A stretch of DNA of 64,000 nucleotides from Podarcis bocagei (Eukaryota). This document shows, piece after piece, positions 63,698 to 64,000 of this stretch (positions are counted from its first letter, which is position 1; each line of letters opens with the position of its first letter). The translations under genes and the position numbers were made by a program. The notes under the pieces were generated by a model. The model did not search any database. It was not told the DNA's origin and saw nothing but the letters and a program-made list of their open reading frames with translations. The stretch lies in assembly GCA_964188305.1 (NCBI GenBank), contig OZ076893.1; one strand, 5' to 3'.

Positions 63698-64000
63698 GCA
63701 AAATTCTCATTATTATTAAACTAAATATTAGGAAGTTTGTGGGGAGTTTTTTATGTGTTATCGGGAAGGAAATAGTGGATTGAACATCTTTTGTTGGCGG
63801 TCTGCCAACAGAGATAATTACATGGTGATTGATAATAGCCAGACATAAGTCTTGGTTCTCATATTAATTTTTGGGGAAAGAGTGAACAAGAGATTAATCT
63901 CTGGTGCTTTGAAAAAGCTGTTTTCTGTGTCAAGAGACCAAGAGGCAGTCAGCTCCTAGGAACTCGGATGGGGGTTAAGCGACTTGAGAGCTGAGGAATT

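Larger units (their letters stand above)
53440..64000 (+). repeat. Tandem duplication of gamma-B units (about 5.2-5.7 kb)
   Basis: 53445-57900 matches 58630-63560; 58029-58330 matches 63721-64000. Confidence 0.85.

Noticed and set aside
1-64000. Pcdhg constant exons, C-type exons, or evidence of somatic DNA rearrangement
   Set aside because: I found no QAPPNTDWRFSQ-like exon or C-type exon; the chimerism is explained by germline crossover and conversion, and no recombination signal sequences were seen

Overview
Vertebrate genomic DNA from the variable region of a clustered protocadherin-gamma (Pcdhg) locus. The repeat content (CR1, L2, hAT and Tc1/mariner MITEs, tRNA-Lys SINE) suggests a squamate, possibly a lacertid lizard; that is an inference. 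The window holds ten ~2.4-kb + strand variable exons, six gamma-A-like and four gamma-B-like. Each encodes signal peptide, EC1-EC6, TM and a variable cytoplasmic domain, and ends at a GTGAG splice donor; nine are intact and end in phase 0, and one gamma-B exon is frameshifted. There are also two 3'-only relic exons. The order is A,A,A,relic,B,A,relic,B(frameshifted),A,A,B,B, and the constant exons lie outside the window. Every exon has a forward CSE/CTCF element about 200-250 bp upstream of its ATG. The system itself is well known, and I found no new gene system. The notable details are: (1) a ~12.2-kb tandem duplication that apparently arose by unequal crossover within the homogenised EC5-end/EC6 segment and created a chimeric exon; (2) EC6-TM-tail gene conversion that places shared tails on very divergent ectodomains; (3) six of ten CSEs read CACT rather than CGCT, so the CpG is lost, with parallel CpG decay in the promoters; (4) an intact antisense ERV-like solo LTR between exons 1 and 2; (5) near-identical gamma-B paralogs, one frameshifted just after the TM; (6) filled/empty-site pairs that date transposon insertions relative to the duplications. 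A 233-N assembly gap lies at 12441-12673.
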